64,000 nucleotides of DNA from Candidatus Ozemobacteraceae bacterium (lineage in GTDB: Bacteria > Muiribacteriota > Ozemobacteria > Ozemobacterales > Ozemobacteraceae). Below the pieces are notes generated by a model, which was not told where the DNA came from, searched no databases, and saw only the letters and a program-made list of their open reading frames with translations. Shown in pieces: positions 56,051-64,000 of this stretch (within the stretch, counting starts at the first letter, position 1; each line of letters starts with the position of its first letter). The stretch covers positions 1,792,001-1,856,000 of the forward strand of contig OZ223236.1 in assembly GCA_965140445.1 (NCBI GenBank), given 5' to 3'. The translations under genes and the position numbers were made by a program.

Positions 56051-56943
56051 GGAAAGTGATCGTATTTGGTGGAAGTGGGTTCTTAGGAAGTTACGTTGCT
56101 GATGAATTATCCAATCGTGGTTATGACGTTACTATTGCAGATGTCCGAAAATCCATTTATCTAAAGGATTCTCAAAAATTTGTAAAATGTGACATTTTGA
56201 ATCTTGAAAGAGTTAAAAAGATCGTTCATGGAAGCGACATTGTTTACAACTTTGCTGGATTGGCCGATTTAAATGTTGCTATCAATGTTCCCTTGCAAGC
56301 AATAAAACTGAATGTAACTGGAAATTTGAATATTCTTGAGGCTTGTAAGGAAGCGAATATTAAACGCTTTGTTTATGCCAGCAGTGCGTATGCATTTAAC
56401 ACCAAAGGTTCTTTTTATGGTATTAGCAAACATGCGTCAGAAAAGCTGGTGGAGGAATTTTATAATAGGTACCGGCTTGAGTATACTATTATTAGATACG
56501 GCTCTCTCTACGGCGACAGAGCAGACTCCTCTAACTATATTTTTAAATTGCTTTCTAGCGCAATTGAGAATAAAGAAATTGTCTTGAAAGGCGATGAAAA
56601 TGAAGCTCGTGAATACATCCACGCTGCAGATGCGGCAAGACTTTCGGTTAACATAGTTGAGGATGAGCAATTTATAAATGGGCATTTGATTTTGACCGGG
56701 ATTGAAAAATTGAGGCGAAAAGATCTTTTTACAATGATTCAGGAAATTTTACGTGAGCCTATAAAAATCAAAAGAGTAGATCCAAACTATCTTGGGCACT
56801 ATAAGGTAACTCCGTATGAATATTTACCAAACTCATCTAAAAAGCTGGTTGCCAATCCTTTTATTGATATGGGACAAGGATTGGTTGATTGTATAAAGGC
56901 TATCTATGCAGCAAAAGAAACTTTTGAATATAATGATGATTAA
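56047..56943 (+). CDS. NAD-dependent epimerase/dehydratase (extended SDR)
   Basis: FGGSGFLGS, YASS, FYGISK (YxxxK) and REYIH motifs. Confidence 0.92.
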   Translation: MRKVIVFGGSGFLGSYVADELSNRGYDVTIADVRKSIYLKDSQKFVKCDILNLERVKKIVHGSDIVYNFAGLADLNVAINVPLQAIKLNVTGNLNILEACKEANIKRFVYASSAYAFNTKGSFYGISKHASEKLVEEFYNRYRLEYTIIRYGSLYGDRADSSNYIFKLLSSAIENKEIVLKGDENEAREYIHAADAARLSVNIVEDEQFINGHLILTGIEKLRRKDLFTMIQEILREPIKIKRVDPNYLGHYKVTPYEYLPNSSKKLVANPFIDMGQGLVDCIKAIYAAKETFEYNDD

Positions 56944-56967
56944 GAAGATTAAAGGGACGATATTCTA

Positions 56968-57591
56968 ATGATAAAGGCAATAATTTTTGATTTCGATGGT
57001 GTAATTGTAGACTCCATGAAATTGAAAACAGAGGCATTTGTAAATCTTTTTTTGGAATATCCCGAAGATCAGGTGGAGCATTTAAGGAGGTTTCATCTTG
57101 AAAATGGTGGGTTATCGAGGTTTGTAAAGATACGGTACTTTTATGAGAAAATTCTTAACCTCAAGATTAGTGAGGAACAAGTAAATAGTCTTTCAGAAAA
57201 GTTTTCAGAATATATAAAGGCTAGATTGGCGGATAAGAAATTTCTTATTCACGATGCCTTAGATTACATAAAAGTTGCAGCAAAAAAATTTCAGCTTCAT
57301 ATTGCGTCTGGTGCCGAACAAAATGAACTTAGATTTCTTGCAGGAAAGCTTGAGATTGCAACTTATTTTAAGTCCATAAAGGGTTCTCCAATTCCTAAAA
57401 AGGTTCTGGTAAAAAATATCCTTGAAGAAAATCTTTATCAACCTGAGGAAGTCGTTTTAATTGGCGATAGTCGCAATGATTTGGAAGCTGCTGAACATAA
57501 TGGAATTGTTTTTTTTGGATACAATAATCCAGAATTAAAGGGAATAAATAATTACCTGGAAAGAATGGGAGATATTGATCTTGGAAATTAG
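56968..57591 (+). CDS. HAD family phosphatase
   Basis: FDFDGVIVDS, IASG, P..K and IGDSRND motifs. Confidence 0.92.
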   Translation: MIKAIIFDFDGVIVDSMKLKTEAFVNLFLEYPEDQVEHLRRFHLENGGLSRFVKIRYFYEKILNLKISEEQVNSLSEKFSEYIKARLADKKFLIHDALDYIKVAAKKFQLHIASGAEQNELRFLAGKLEIATYFKSIKGSPIPKKVLVKNILEENLYQPEEVVLIGDSRNDLEAAEHNGIVFFGYNNPELKGINNYLERMGDIDLGN

Positions 57592-57592
57592 T

Positions 57593-58336
57593 ATGAACTT
57601 ATGTAATGGAGAATCCAGCACGTCTGATCAAAATCGGATTTTTGAATTTAGAAAGCCAGATCAGGAAATATTTGACTATTTGCTGTTTTTTGATTCACGT
57701 GGGTTATGTGTTGAAGATGGCTCAGACCAATCAGAGTCTCATTTGCACTTACTTATGGAAAAATTGAAAGAGATGCAAAAAAGTTTTATTTGCATTTCCA
57801 GACCCAAGAATTTGACGACTTTTGTTACGTTAGTGAACTTTTTAATGATTTATTCAGATCTAAACTTTTCACATCTCATAACTAATCAGGGTTTTGTTGA
57901 TTGCACACCAAAAAAACAAGAAAATATGAAAGACCTGGAGTTGCAATTTAATCAGTTTTTACCTAAAGATTATAGTTTAATTCAGCTCGGAGATTATAAG
58001 CTGAGTAATGGTGAAATAGAGCCTCTTTTTTTCTATGAGTATGGAGAGGATTTAATTTATTTTATCGCAGATTTACTTGAAAAAAGATTTACTTCGTCTT
58101 TGTTTTTAAATACCCCACTAATTGATATTAATGAAAAATTCGCCCGGGTTAGACCGCCAGAGTTTTATTCTCAACTTCAAGTAACAAATGATTTGGTAAA
58201 GCAGATTGCAGCTAAGGTTAAAAATGGGGAAGTTATTTCTCTTGATTCCATAGCACCTGTAAAGACTTTTGACGCAGTTCATTTTAAGTTAAACACTCAT
58301 AAAGATCTTTTTAACCTGCTTCAGGAATATTTATAA
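57593..58336 (+). CDS. Hypothetical protein, SGNH-hydrolase-like
   Basis: FDSRG (block I-like), GFVD (block III-like) and C-terminal DAVH (DxxH). Confidence 0.55.
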   Translation: MNLCNGESSTSDQNRIFEFRKPDQEIFDYLLFFDSRGLCVEDGSDQSESHLHLLMEKLKEMQKSFICISRPKNLTTFVTLVNFLMIYSDLNFSHLITNQGFVDCTPKKQENMKDLELQFNQFLPKDYSLIQLGDYKLSNGEIEPLFFYEYGEDLIYFIADLLEKRFTSSLFLNTPLIDINEKFARVRPPEFYSQLQVTNDLVKQIAAKVKNGEVISLDSIAPVKTFDAVHFKLNTHKDLFNLLQEYL

Positions 58337-59865
58337 TGCGCAAAGCACGGGAGGTTTTCGAAAAATTTGATGAGATCAATGTTGGTTTCCAGAGCTTTGT
58401 TGCAAGGATTAAAGAGGAAGTTGGTAATTCAATTTACTTTGTAATCAATCCTACATTGGTTAAGAACCCTTATTGTAGCAAGTTTCCTGTGAGGTATTTT
58501 TTTAAGGATTTTACCCATAAAAAATCTGCAGCAAAGTTTCTATTCAATTCGGGATATATTTGGGCCAAGCTAGTTTTTCTTTTGTTAATAAATTTTACTT
58601 TTTTTCTTTTTTACAAAATTTTTGGTCGAAGGAAAGAAATTTTTTCGGATGCAGAGGTTATTGTTGATTCTTATTTAAGACTTGATATTTTGCCGCAAAC
58701 AAATAGTCTCGTGGATAAGTTGTATTTTCCTGGAATGCGAGAGTCCTTGAGATATAGTGGCAATAAAACCCTTTTCCTGCCCAGGCTTTTAAACAAGAAT
58801 ACCAATAATAGAAACTTTGGTTTGTTAAAAAAATTAATAGAGTTAATAAAAGACAGTCCTGAGGACAGTGTAGTGTTGGAATTTGATATTTTAAGTTTTT
58901 TGGATTACCTAAAGATGCTTTTTATTATCTTTTGTTACCCATTTAGGCTATTAAGGGCTTTACAACCAAGCGTTTCGAGTGAAAATGAACAATTTAATGC
59001 CTGCTTAATTGAAGATTTGCGAACTATTGATTTTGAGGCCATTAAGAGATTTCTGATTGGAAAGAAACTCGGGAAATTAAAGCAGCTGAAAACTGTTATT
59101 TCCTGGTGCGAGTTTCAAGCTCAGGAGCGTGGATTTTTTCTTGGAATTCGACAGTCAGGTTCCTCTGCCTGTATTGTTGGATGTCAGTTTTACTTAAACT
59201 ATTTAGCATATTTGAACTCCTTTCCAGAAACCCTTGATCACAACTTGAAATTTGCTCCTGACGTCATGTTGGTAAATGGGAAGGCGTTCTTGAGAAATGT
59301 GGAAAAGATTGATTATAAAGTTGGGGTTGCCTTGCGCTACCAGAAAGTTTTTTCATTCGAAAAGAAGCAGATTGATAAGGCAAGCACTCTACCTGTATTT
59401 CTTGCTTCTTACATTGTTCAGGAAACTATAGAATTGATTAACTATGCGAAATCCTTAAATACCAAAATCATTTTGAAGCTTCACCCAACACAAAAGCCCG
59501 AGTTTTTTAAGGATGAAATTAATTCCAACATTGTTTTTGCCGAGAACAGCATTTATGATCTTTTTGAAGAAAATTTAATTTTCATTTCTACAGCATCTGG
59601 TAGTGCCGTTGAAGCTGTTGCTTGTGGAAAAACCGTTGTAATTGTAGGAAGTAGAGATAATCTTACCGCCAATCCATTGATTGAAACAGGTAGGGGAGAA
59701 ATCTGGGATATTGTTTTTGAAGAATCGGAAATGCTTGAAGTTATGGAAAAGTTGGTAAGATTTAGAAGTGAAAATCCAGAAAGGATTGAGGAGTTATCCA
59801 ACTGGTATAAGGAGAACTTTTTTGAAAGAGAAAACAAAGACTACTTGAAATTTCTTTTTGTTTAG
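58336..59865 (+). CDS. Hypothetical polysaccharide biosynthesis protein, GT-B-like C-terminus
   Basis: PD, G..LRY, LKLHP and STASGSAVEAVACGK motifs. Confidence 0.6.
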   Translation: MRKAREVFEKFDEINVGFQSFVARIKEEVGNSIYFVINPTLVKNPYCSKFPVRYFFKDFTHKKSAAKFLFNSGYIWAKLVFLLLINFTFFLFYKIFGRRKEIFSDAEVIVDSYLRLDILPQTNSLVDKLYFPGMRESLRYSGNKTLFLPRLLNKNTNNRNFGLLKKLIELIKDSPEDSVVLEFDILSFLDYLKMLFIIFCYPFRLLRALQPSVSSENEQFNACLIEDLRTIDFEAIKRFLIGKKLGKLKQLKTVISWCEFQAQERGFFLGIRQSGSSACIVGCQFYLNYLAYLNSFPETLDHNLKFAPDVMLVNGKAFLRNVEKIDYKVGVALRYQKVFSFEKKQIDKASTLPVFLASYIVQETIELINYAKSLNTKIILKLHPTQKPEFFKDEINSNIVFAENSIYDLFEENLIFISTASGSAVEAVACGKTVVIVGSRDNLTANPLIETGRGEIWDIVFEESEMLEVMEKLVRFRSENPERIEELSNWYKENFFERENKDYLKFLFV

Positions 59866-60017
59866 GTTGCTTTTTCAAAGCACATTCGATTTATGTACCT
59901 GGGTAATCTTGATAAGTTTCAAAAACAGTGAGTGCGTTTGAAACAGCTCTTTAAATCTTAATTGATACTTCTAAATTCATTTTTATCTAGATTTTCAACT
60001 TCCGATGCAATATAATT

Positions 60018-61352
60018 TTGTTCTATTACAAGTTGCTAGAGGATTTAGTCAGTTTTCCCAAAATGTTAAGCATTGTCAAAAAAATAATTGCAAACCTCCC
60101 ATCTTATCCACATTACAAAATGAATGTTTACTGTGGATCGAACACCTATGAAGAGATAAAGATCGCAGTAAAAATGCTTCTGGGAATTTCTAAAGGCGAA
60201 AATGCTGATGACTTTTTACGGGAACTAAGTAGTTTTTTAAATGCTGACGCCATTTTTACTTTTGCTGCAGGGCGAATGGGGCTTTTCAGCATACTTAGAT
60301 CTATAGGTATCAAGCCCGGTGAGGAAGTTATTATTCCAGCCTTTACCTGCGCGGTAGTACCGAATGCGATAATTTACAGTGGTGGAAAACCCGTTTATTG
60401 TGATGTTGGATTCGAGGATTTTAATATAGAAGTTGCGGCTATTGAAATGCTTATTACAGATAAAACGCGTGCAATATATGCTCAGCACACATTTGGACAG
60501 ATGTGCAATGTTGAAAAAATAAAAAAAATTGCAAAGAAGTTCAACTTGATTGTTATCGAGGATGTCGCGCTAGCTCTAGGGGCTGCAACAAATGAGGGAA
60601 TGGCTGGAACTCTTGGCGATTTCAGTCTATTTTCGACTGATAGATCAAAGGTTATAAATACTGGCCTTGGTGGATTTGTTTGCGTGAATAACAAAAAGTA
60701 TCTACCAGCTTTTAGTGAGTTTTACAAGGATTTACCTGCCCCTGGGGTCCGATTACAAAAAAGGATCCTTTTCACTTTTATTGTAAACTTAATCACGATG
60801 AACCCTTATTGTTATTGGATTGGAAAATTCATTAATACCAGTCTCACTTTTACAAATATTTTGACATATTTTGGTGATGAATTGAAGACCAGTATTCCAG
60901 AAGATTATCCTTATCCAGCGAAGCTTGGCAATATACAGGCAACATTGGGATATCATCAAATTAAAGGAATAAGAAAAAATCTTGAGCATAGAAAGACCGT
61001 GGCAAGGTTTTATAATAGTATTCTTAATTACTATTCTGAAGATTATATTGATTCCGCAGAAAATATTTTTTTAAGGTATTCTTTTCTGGTAAGAAATAGA
61101 GATGCCTGGGAAGAAAAATTTTCGTCTTTAATAGATACAAGTGTCTGGTTTAAAACTATTGCCTGTGGTCGAAATGATTCTTGGAATGAGATTTTTTACG
61201 AAGAAGGAAGCTGTGTAAATGCGGAGTGCGCAACTTCAGAAATTTTTAATTTACCAACTCATAGTAAAATAAAACCAGAAAAACTCACAAAACTACTGCT
61301 GGAATTAAAGAATTCTGGCGACTTGATTTTTCAAGGCAAGGAGAAAAAATGA
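60018..61352 (+). CDS. DegT/DnrJ family PLP aminotransferase
   Basis: AGRMGL, VIIPAFTCAVV, QHTFG, IEDVA, FSTDRSK and NLPTH; start could be ATG 60063. Confidence 0.88.
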   Translation: MFYYKLLEDLVSFPKMLSIVKKIIANLPSYPHYKMNVYCGSNTYEEIKIAVKMLLGISKGENADDFLRELSSFLNADAIFTFAAGRMGLFSILRSIGIKPGEEVIIPAFTCAVVPNAIIYSGGKPVYCDVGFEDFNIEVAAIEMLITDKTRAIYAQHTFGQMCNVEKIKKIAKKFNLIVIEDVALALGAATNEGMAGTLGDFSLFSTDRSKVINTGLGGFVCVNNKKYLPAFSEFYKDLPAPGVRLQKRILFTFIVNLITMNPYCYWIGKFINTSLTFTNILTYFGDELKTSIPEDYPYPAKLGNIQATLGYHQIKGIRKNLEHRKTVARFYNSILNYYSEDYIDSAENIFLRYSFLVRNRDAWEEKFSSLIDTSVWFKTIACGRNDSWNEIFYEEGSCVNAECATSEIFNLPTHSKIKPEKLTKLLLELKNSGDLIFQGKEKK

Positions 61353-62122
61353 AAGTCCTACTTTTGGCCGGAGGATTCGGCACCAGATTGAGTGAAGATA
61401 CTGTAATAAAACCAAAACCAATGGTGGAAATTGGCGAAAGACCAATGCTCTGGCATATCATGAAAATATATAGTCATTATGGATTTAATGATTTTGTTAT
61501 TCTTCTTGGCTATAAGGGATACATGATTAAGGAGTACTTTGCTAATTACTTTCTCCATCAAAGCGATGTAACAATTGATTTACAGACAAACAGCATTGAA
61601 GTTCACAATAACGAATCGGAGCCTTGGAAGGTAACTTTGTTAGATACAGGTACAAATACCATGACAGGCGGCAGAATTAAACGAGCGCAAAAAACTGTTG
61701 GCAATGAGCCGTTTTTGCTTACATATGGCGATGGAGTTTCAGATATTAATATTAAGGAACTTGTTGAGTTTCACAAGAACCATAAAAAAGCACTGACAAT
61801 GTCCTCCGTTCAACCTGACGGAAGATTTGGAAGCGTTGAAATTGGTCCTAATGATAAAGTTGAGCAGTTTCTCGAGAAGCCAAAAGGAGATGGCAGTTGG
61901 ATAAACGGCGGCTTCTTCGTTTGTGAACCAAAAGTTTTTGATTACATACAAGAAGGCGATTCGACAATTTGGGAAAGATCCCCAATGGAAAAATTGGCTT
62001 CAGAAGGTGAAATATTTACCTACAAGCACAAGGGCTTCTGGAAATGTATGGACACCTTGAGTGATAAGAATGGCCTTGTAAACATGTGGGAATCTGGTAA
62101 AGCGAAATGGAAGGTTTGGTAA
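61349..62122 (+). CDS. rfbF: Glucose-1-phosphate cytidylyltransferase
   Basis: LAGGFGTRLSE, KPMVEIG, DTG..TMTGGR, LTYGDG, WINGGFF and GFW.CMDT motifs. Confidence 0.97.
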   Translation: MKVLLLAGGFGTRLSEDTVIKPKPMVEIGERPMLWHIMKIYSHYGFNDFVILLGYKGYMIKEYFANYFLHQSDVTIDLQTNSIEVHNNESEPWKVTLLDTGTNTMTGGRIKRAQKTVGNEPFLLTYGDGVSDINIKELVEFHKNHKKALTMSSVQPDGRFGSVEIGPNDKVEQFLEKPKGDGSWINGGFFVCEPKVFDYIQEGDSTIWERSPMEKLASEGEIFTYKHKGFWKCMDTLSDKNGLVNMWESGKAKWKVW

Positions 62123-62125
62123 TAA

Positions 62126-63223
62126 ATGTTTAAAAACGTATATGCAGGAAAAACGGTTCTAATAACTGGTCATACCGGATTTAAAGGCAGTTGGCTTACG
62201 GTATGGTTTTTAAAATTAGGAGCTAAGGTTATCGGGGTTTCAAACGGAATTCCTTCAAATCCTTCAATGTTTGAAGAACTCAAACTTGAAGAGAAAATTA
62301 CCCATTACTGCGAAGACGTAAGAAACCTTTCCGCTATAAAAAAAATCATTGAAACCGAAAAGCCAGATTTTATTTTCCACCTTGCTGCTCAGCCAATAGT
62401 TTCTGTTTCATATAGTGATCCGATTGAAACTATTTCTACCAATGCTATGGGAACAGCAAATGTTCTTGAAGCCTTGAGAATTTTAAATCCTGAATGCGTT
62501 GCAGTATTTATTACCAGTGATAAATGTTATGACAATGTTGAGTGGGTTTGGGGATACAAGGAAACTGACGGGGTTGGTGGTAAAGATATTTATAGCGGAT
62601 CAAAAGGGGCAGCTGAGCTCATTTTGAAATCTTATTTCCATTCCTTTTTTAACAATGAAAAGTGCAATGTGACTCTTGGAATTGGTCGCGCAGGAAATGT
62701 TATCGGAGGCGGTGATTGGGCCAAGGACAGAATTGTAGTAGATTGCATGAAGGCCTGGAGTGAGGGCGAGATTGTTGAAATTAGAAGTCCAAATGCCACC
62801 CGACCATGGCAACATGTTCTTGAGCCTTTGAGCGGCTATTTGCAGCTTGGGCAGGTTTTGAGTGAAAATAGAAAATTGCATGGCGAGGCTTTCAATTTTG
62901 GCCCAAAATCAGCGAAAAACCATACAGTTGCAGAACTTTTATCAGATCTTTGCAAACATTGGAATTATAAAAAGTCAACAGATGCTTACAAAGTAACTGA
63001 CAATATTCCTTTTCACGAAGCTGGTTTATTGAAGTTAAATTGTGATAAGGCATTATTCCATTTTCGCTGGCAGGCGAACCTCGAGTACGAAGAAACAATT
63101 AAATTTGTAAGCGAATGGTATTATGCTTTTTATAAAGAAAGCAAAAATATGTATGATTTTACCATGGATCAGGTTTCAGAGTATGAAAGTTCAGCTTCCC
63201 GCAGAGGCCTTTCATGGACTTAG
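62126..63223 (+). CDS. rfbG: CDP-glucose 4,6-dehydratase
   Basis: TGHTGFKGSWL, HLAAQP, TSDKCY, YSGSK, RAGNVIGGGDW and RPWQHVLEPL motifs. Confidence 0.97.
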   Translation: MFKNVYAGKTVLITGHTGFKGSWLTVWFLKLGAKVIGVSNGIPSNPSMFEELKLEEKITHYCEDVRNLSAIKKIIETEKPDFIFHLAAQPIVSVSYSDPIETISTNAMGTANVLEALRILNPECVAVFITSDKCYDNVEWVWGYKETDGVGGKDIYSGSKGAAELILKSYFHSFFNNEKCNVTLGIGRAGNVIGGGDWAKDRIVVDCMKAWSEGEIVEIRSPNATRPWQHVLEPLSGYLQLGQVLSENRKLHGEAFNFGPKSAKNHTVAELLSDLCKHWNYKKSTDAYKVTDNIPFHEAGLLKLNCDKALFHFRWQANLEYEETIKFVSEWYYAFYKESKNMYDFTMDQVSEYESSASRRGLSWT

Positions 63224-63645
63224 CAATTAATGATGTGGTATTAACTCCACTTAAGCAGATTCCTCATCCCCAAGGCGATATTTTTCATGGAATGAAATCA
63301 TCAGATGAGACTTTTCAAGGATTTGGGGAAGCTTATTTTTCCTTTGTTAAAAAAGGGGCAAAGAAGGGGTGGAAAAAGCATTTCAGAATGACCCTAAATC
63401 TTGTTGTTCCAATTGGAGAAATTAAATTCTACATCTTTGATGACCGCCAGGATAGCTCCTCAAAAGGCAAAAAGATTGAAATTTCCATTACTCCAGATGG
63501 CAATTACCAGCGTTTAACTGTTCCTCCAGGTCTTTGGGTTGCGTTTGAAGGTCAGAGGGAGCAAAATATGTTGCTTAATCTGGCAAGTATGCCACATGAT
63601 CCAACGGAAAGTATTAATAAAACAGAGGATGAGTTGTTTTCATAA
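63214..63645 (+). CDS. RmlC-like cupin NDP-4-keto-6-deoxyhexose epimerase
   Basis: LKQI....GD..H, FGEAYFS, KGWKKH, D.R..S and RLTVPPGLW motifs. Confidence 0.88.
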   Translation: MDLAINDVVLTPLKQIPHPQGDIFHGMKSSDETFQGFGEAYFSFVKKGAKKGWKKHFRMTLNLVVPIGEIKFYIFDDRQDSSSKGKKIEISITPDGNYQRLTVPPGLWVAFEGQREQNMLLNLASMPHDPTESINKTEDELFS

Positions 63646-63678
63646 ACATCTCAATCTTAAAAGTCAGCAAGGTAAAAT

Positions 63679-64000
63679 ATGGAAAAAATCAGACTATCTA
63701 AATCTTCCATCAGTAAATTGGAGTATGAAGGAGTCGCTAAAGTTCTTGAAAACGAATATCTTGGCATGGGCAACGATGTAAGGCTATTTGAAGAAGAAAT
63801 AAAGGCTTTTTTGAAAACTCCGTTGGAAGTCGTATGCGTAAATACAGGCACTTCAGCTTTGCACCTTTCATTATTATGTCTGGATATAGGTCCAGGTGAT
63901 GAAGTTCTTGTGCCATCTTTGACATATGTGGCGACTTTTCAGGCTATTTCTGGAACTGGCGCAACTCCAGTTCCTTGTGAAGTGAGTGAAGATAGTCTCT
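63679..64000 (+). CDS. DegT family aminotransferase, 5' part; runs off the window edge
   Basis: Not in the ORF track; read by hand. MEKIRLSKSSI...YLGMG..V..FE...VNTGTSALHL...GPGDEVLVPSLTYVATFQAI. Confidence 0.9.
   Translation, partial: MEKIRLSKSSISKLEYEGVAKVLENEYLGMGNDVRLFEEEIKAFLKTPLEVVCVNTGTSALHLSLLCLDIGPGDEVLVPSLTYVATFQAISGTGATPVPCEVSEDSL

Noticed and set aside
63539..63925. Short ORFs listed near the right edge
   Set aside because: The real gene is the open DegT frame starting at 63679, missed by the track because it has no stop within the window.
1..64000. CRISPR arrays, tRNA/rRNA genes, IS elements, prophage or defence systems
   Set aside because: No regularly spaced repeats, cloverleaf or rRNA signatures, transposase/integrase or nuclease motifs seen; intergenic gaps are all under about 270 nt.

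Overview
This is a gene-dense, AT-rich bacterial window devoted almost entirely to the cell envelope of an LPS-producing (diderm) organism. It also carries Firmicutes-style genes (ytfI/ytfJ, holB-yaaT, DUF3084). That mix suggests a deep-branching lineage; Ca. Riflebacteria-like is a guess, not established here. Layout: (1) 1-8.7 kb, minus strand: kdsC-lpxL-lptC-lptA-lptB-DUF3084-MBL hydrolase-DAG kinase-ytfI-ytfJ-cNMP-binding protein. (2) 8.9-22.3 kb, plus strand: wecA/tagO-holB-yaaT, then a lipid A operon lpxI-Gfo/Idh/MocA (GnnA-like)-ICMT methyltransferase (LmtA-like)-lpxB-msbA-DUF374-second lpxB-lpxL-waaA-TSUP. (3) 22.3-34.4 kb, mixed: ilvE, cysQ, small hypotheticals, an SLT-TPR plus pilin-like cluster with yggS/yggT, a TPR-metallopeptidase, a class III aminotransferase homolog lacking its catalytic Lys, a parS-like site and three sigma28-like promoters. 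(4) 34.5-41.7 kb: rfbB-manB-gmd-manC, a nucleotide-sugar dehydrogenase split at an in-phase A_AAA_AAG slippery site, and pgl. (5) 41.9-64 kb: a surface-polysaccharide locus that runs off the window. It has a KdnB-like oxidase, two NeuB synthases, four CMP-ulosonate-type cytidylyltransferase domains, an HpcH aldolase module, CDP-glucose genes and three DegT aminotransferases. The best candidates for undescribed biology are the multi-ulosonic-acid pathway, the two-LpxB/methyltransferase lipid A operon and the pseudo-aminotransferase. I saw no rRNA, tRNA, CRISPR array or mobile element. All calls come from motif recognition by eye; no searches were run.
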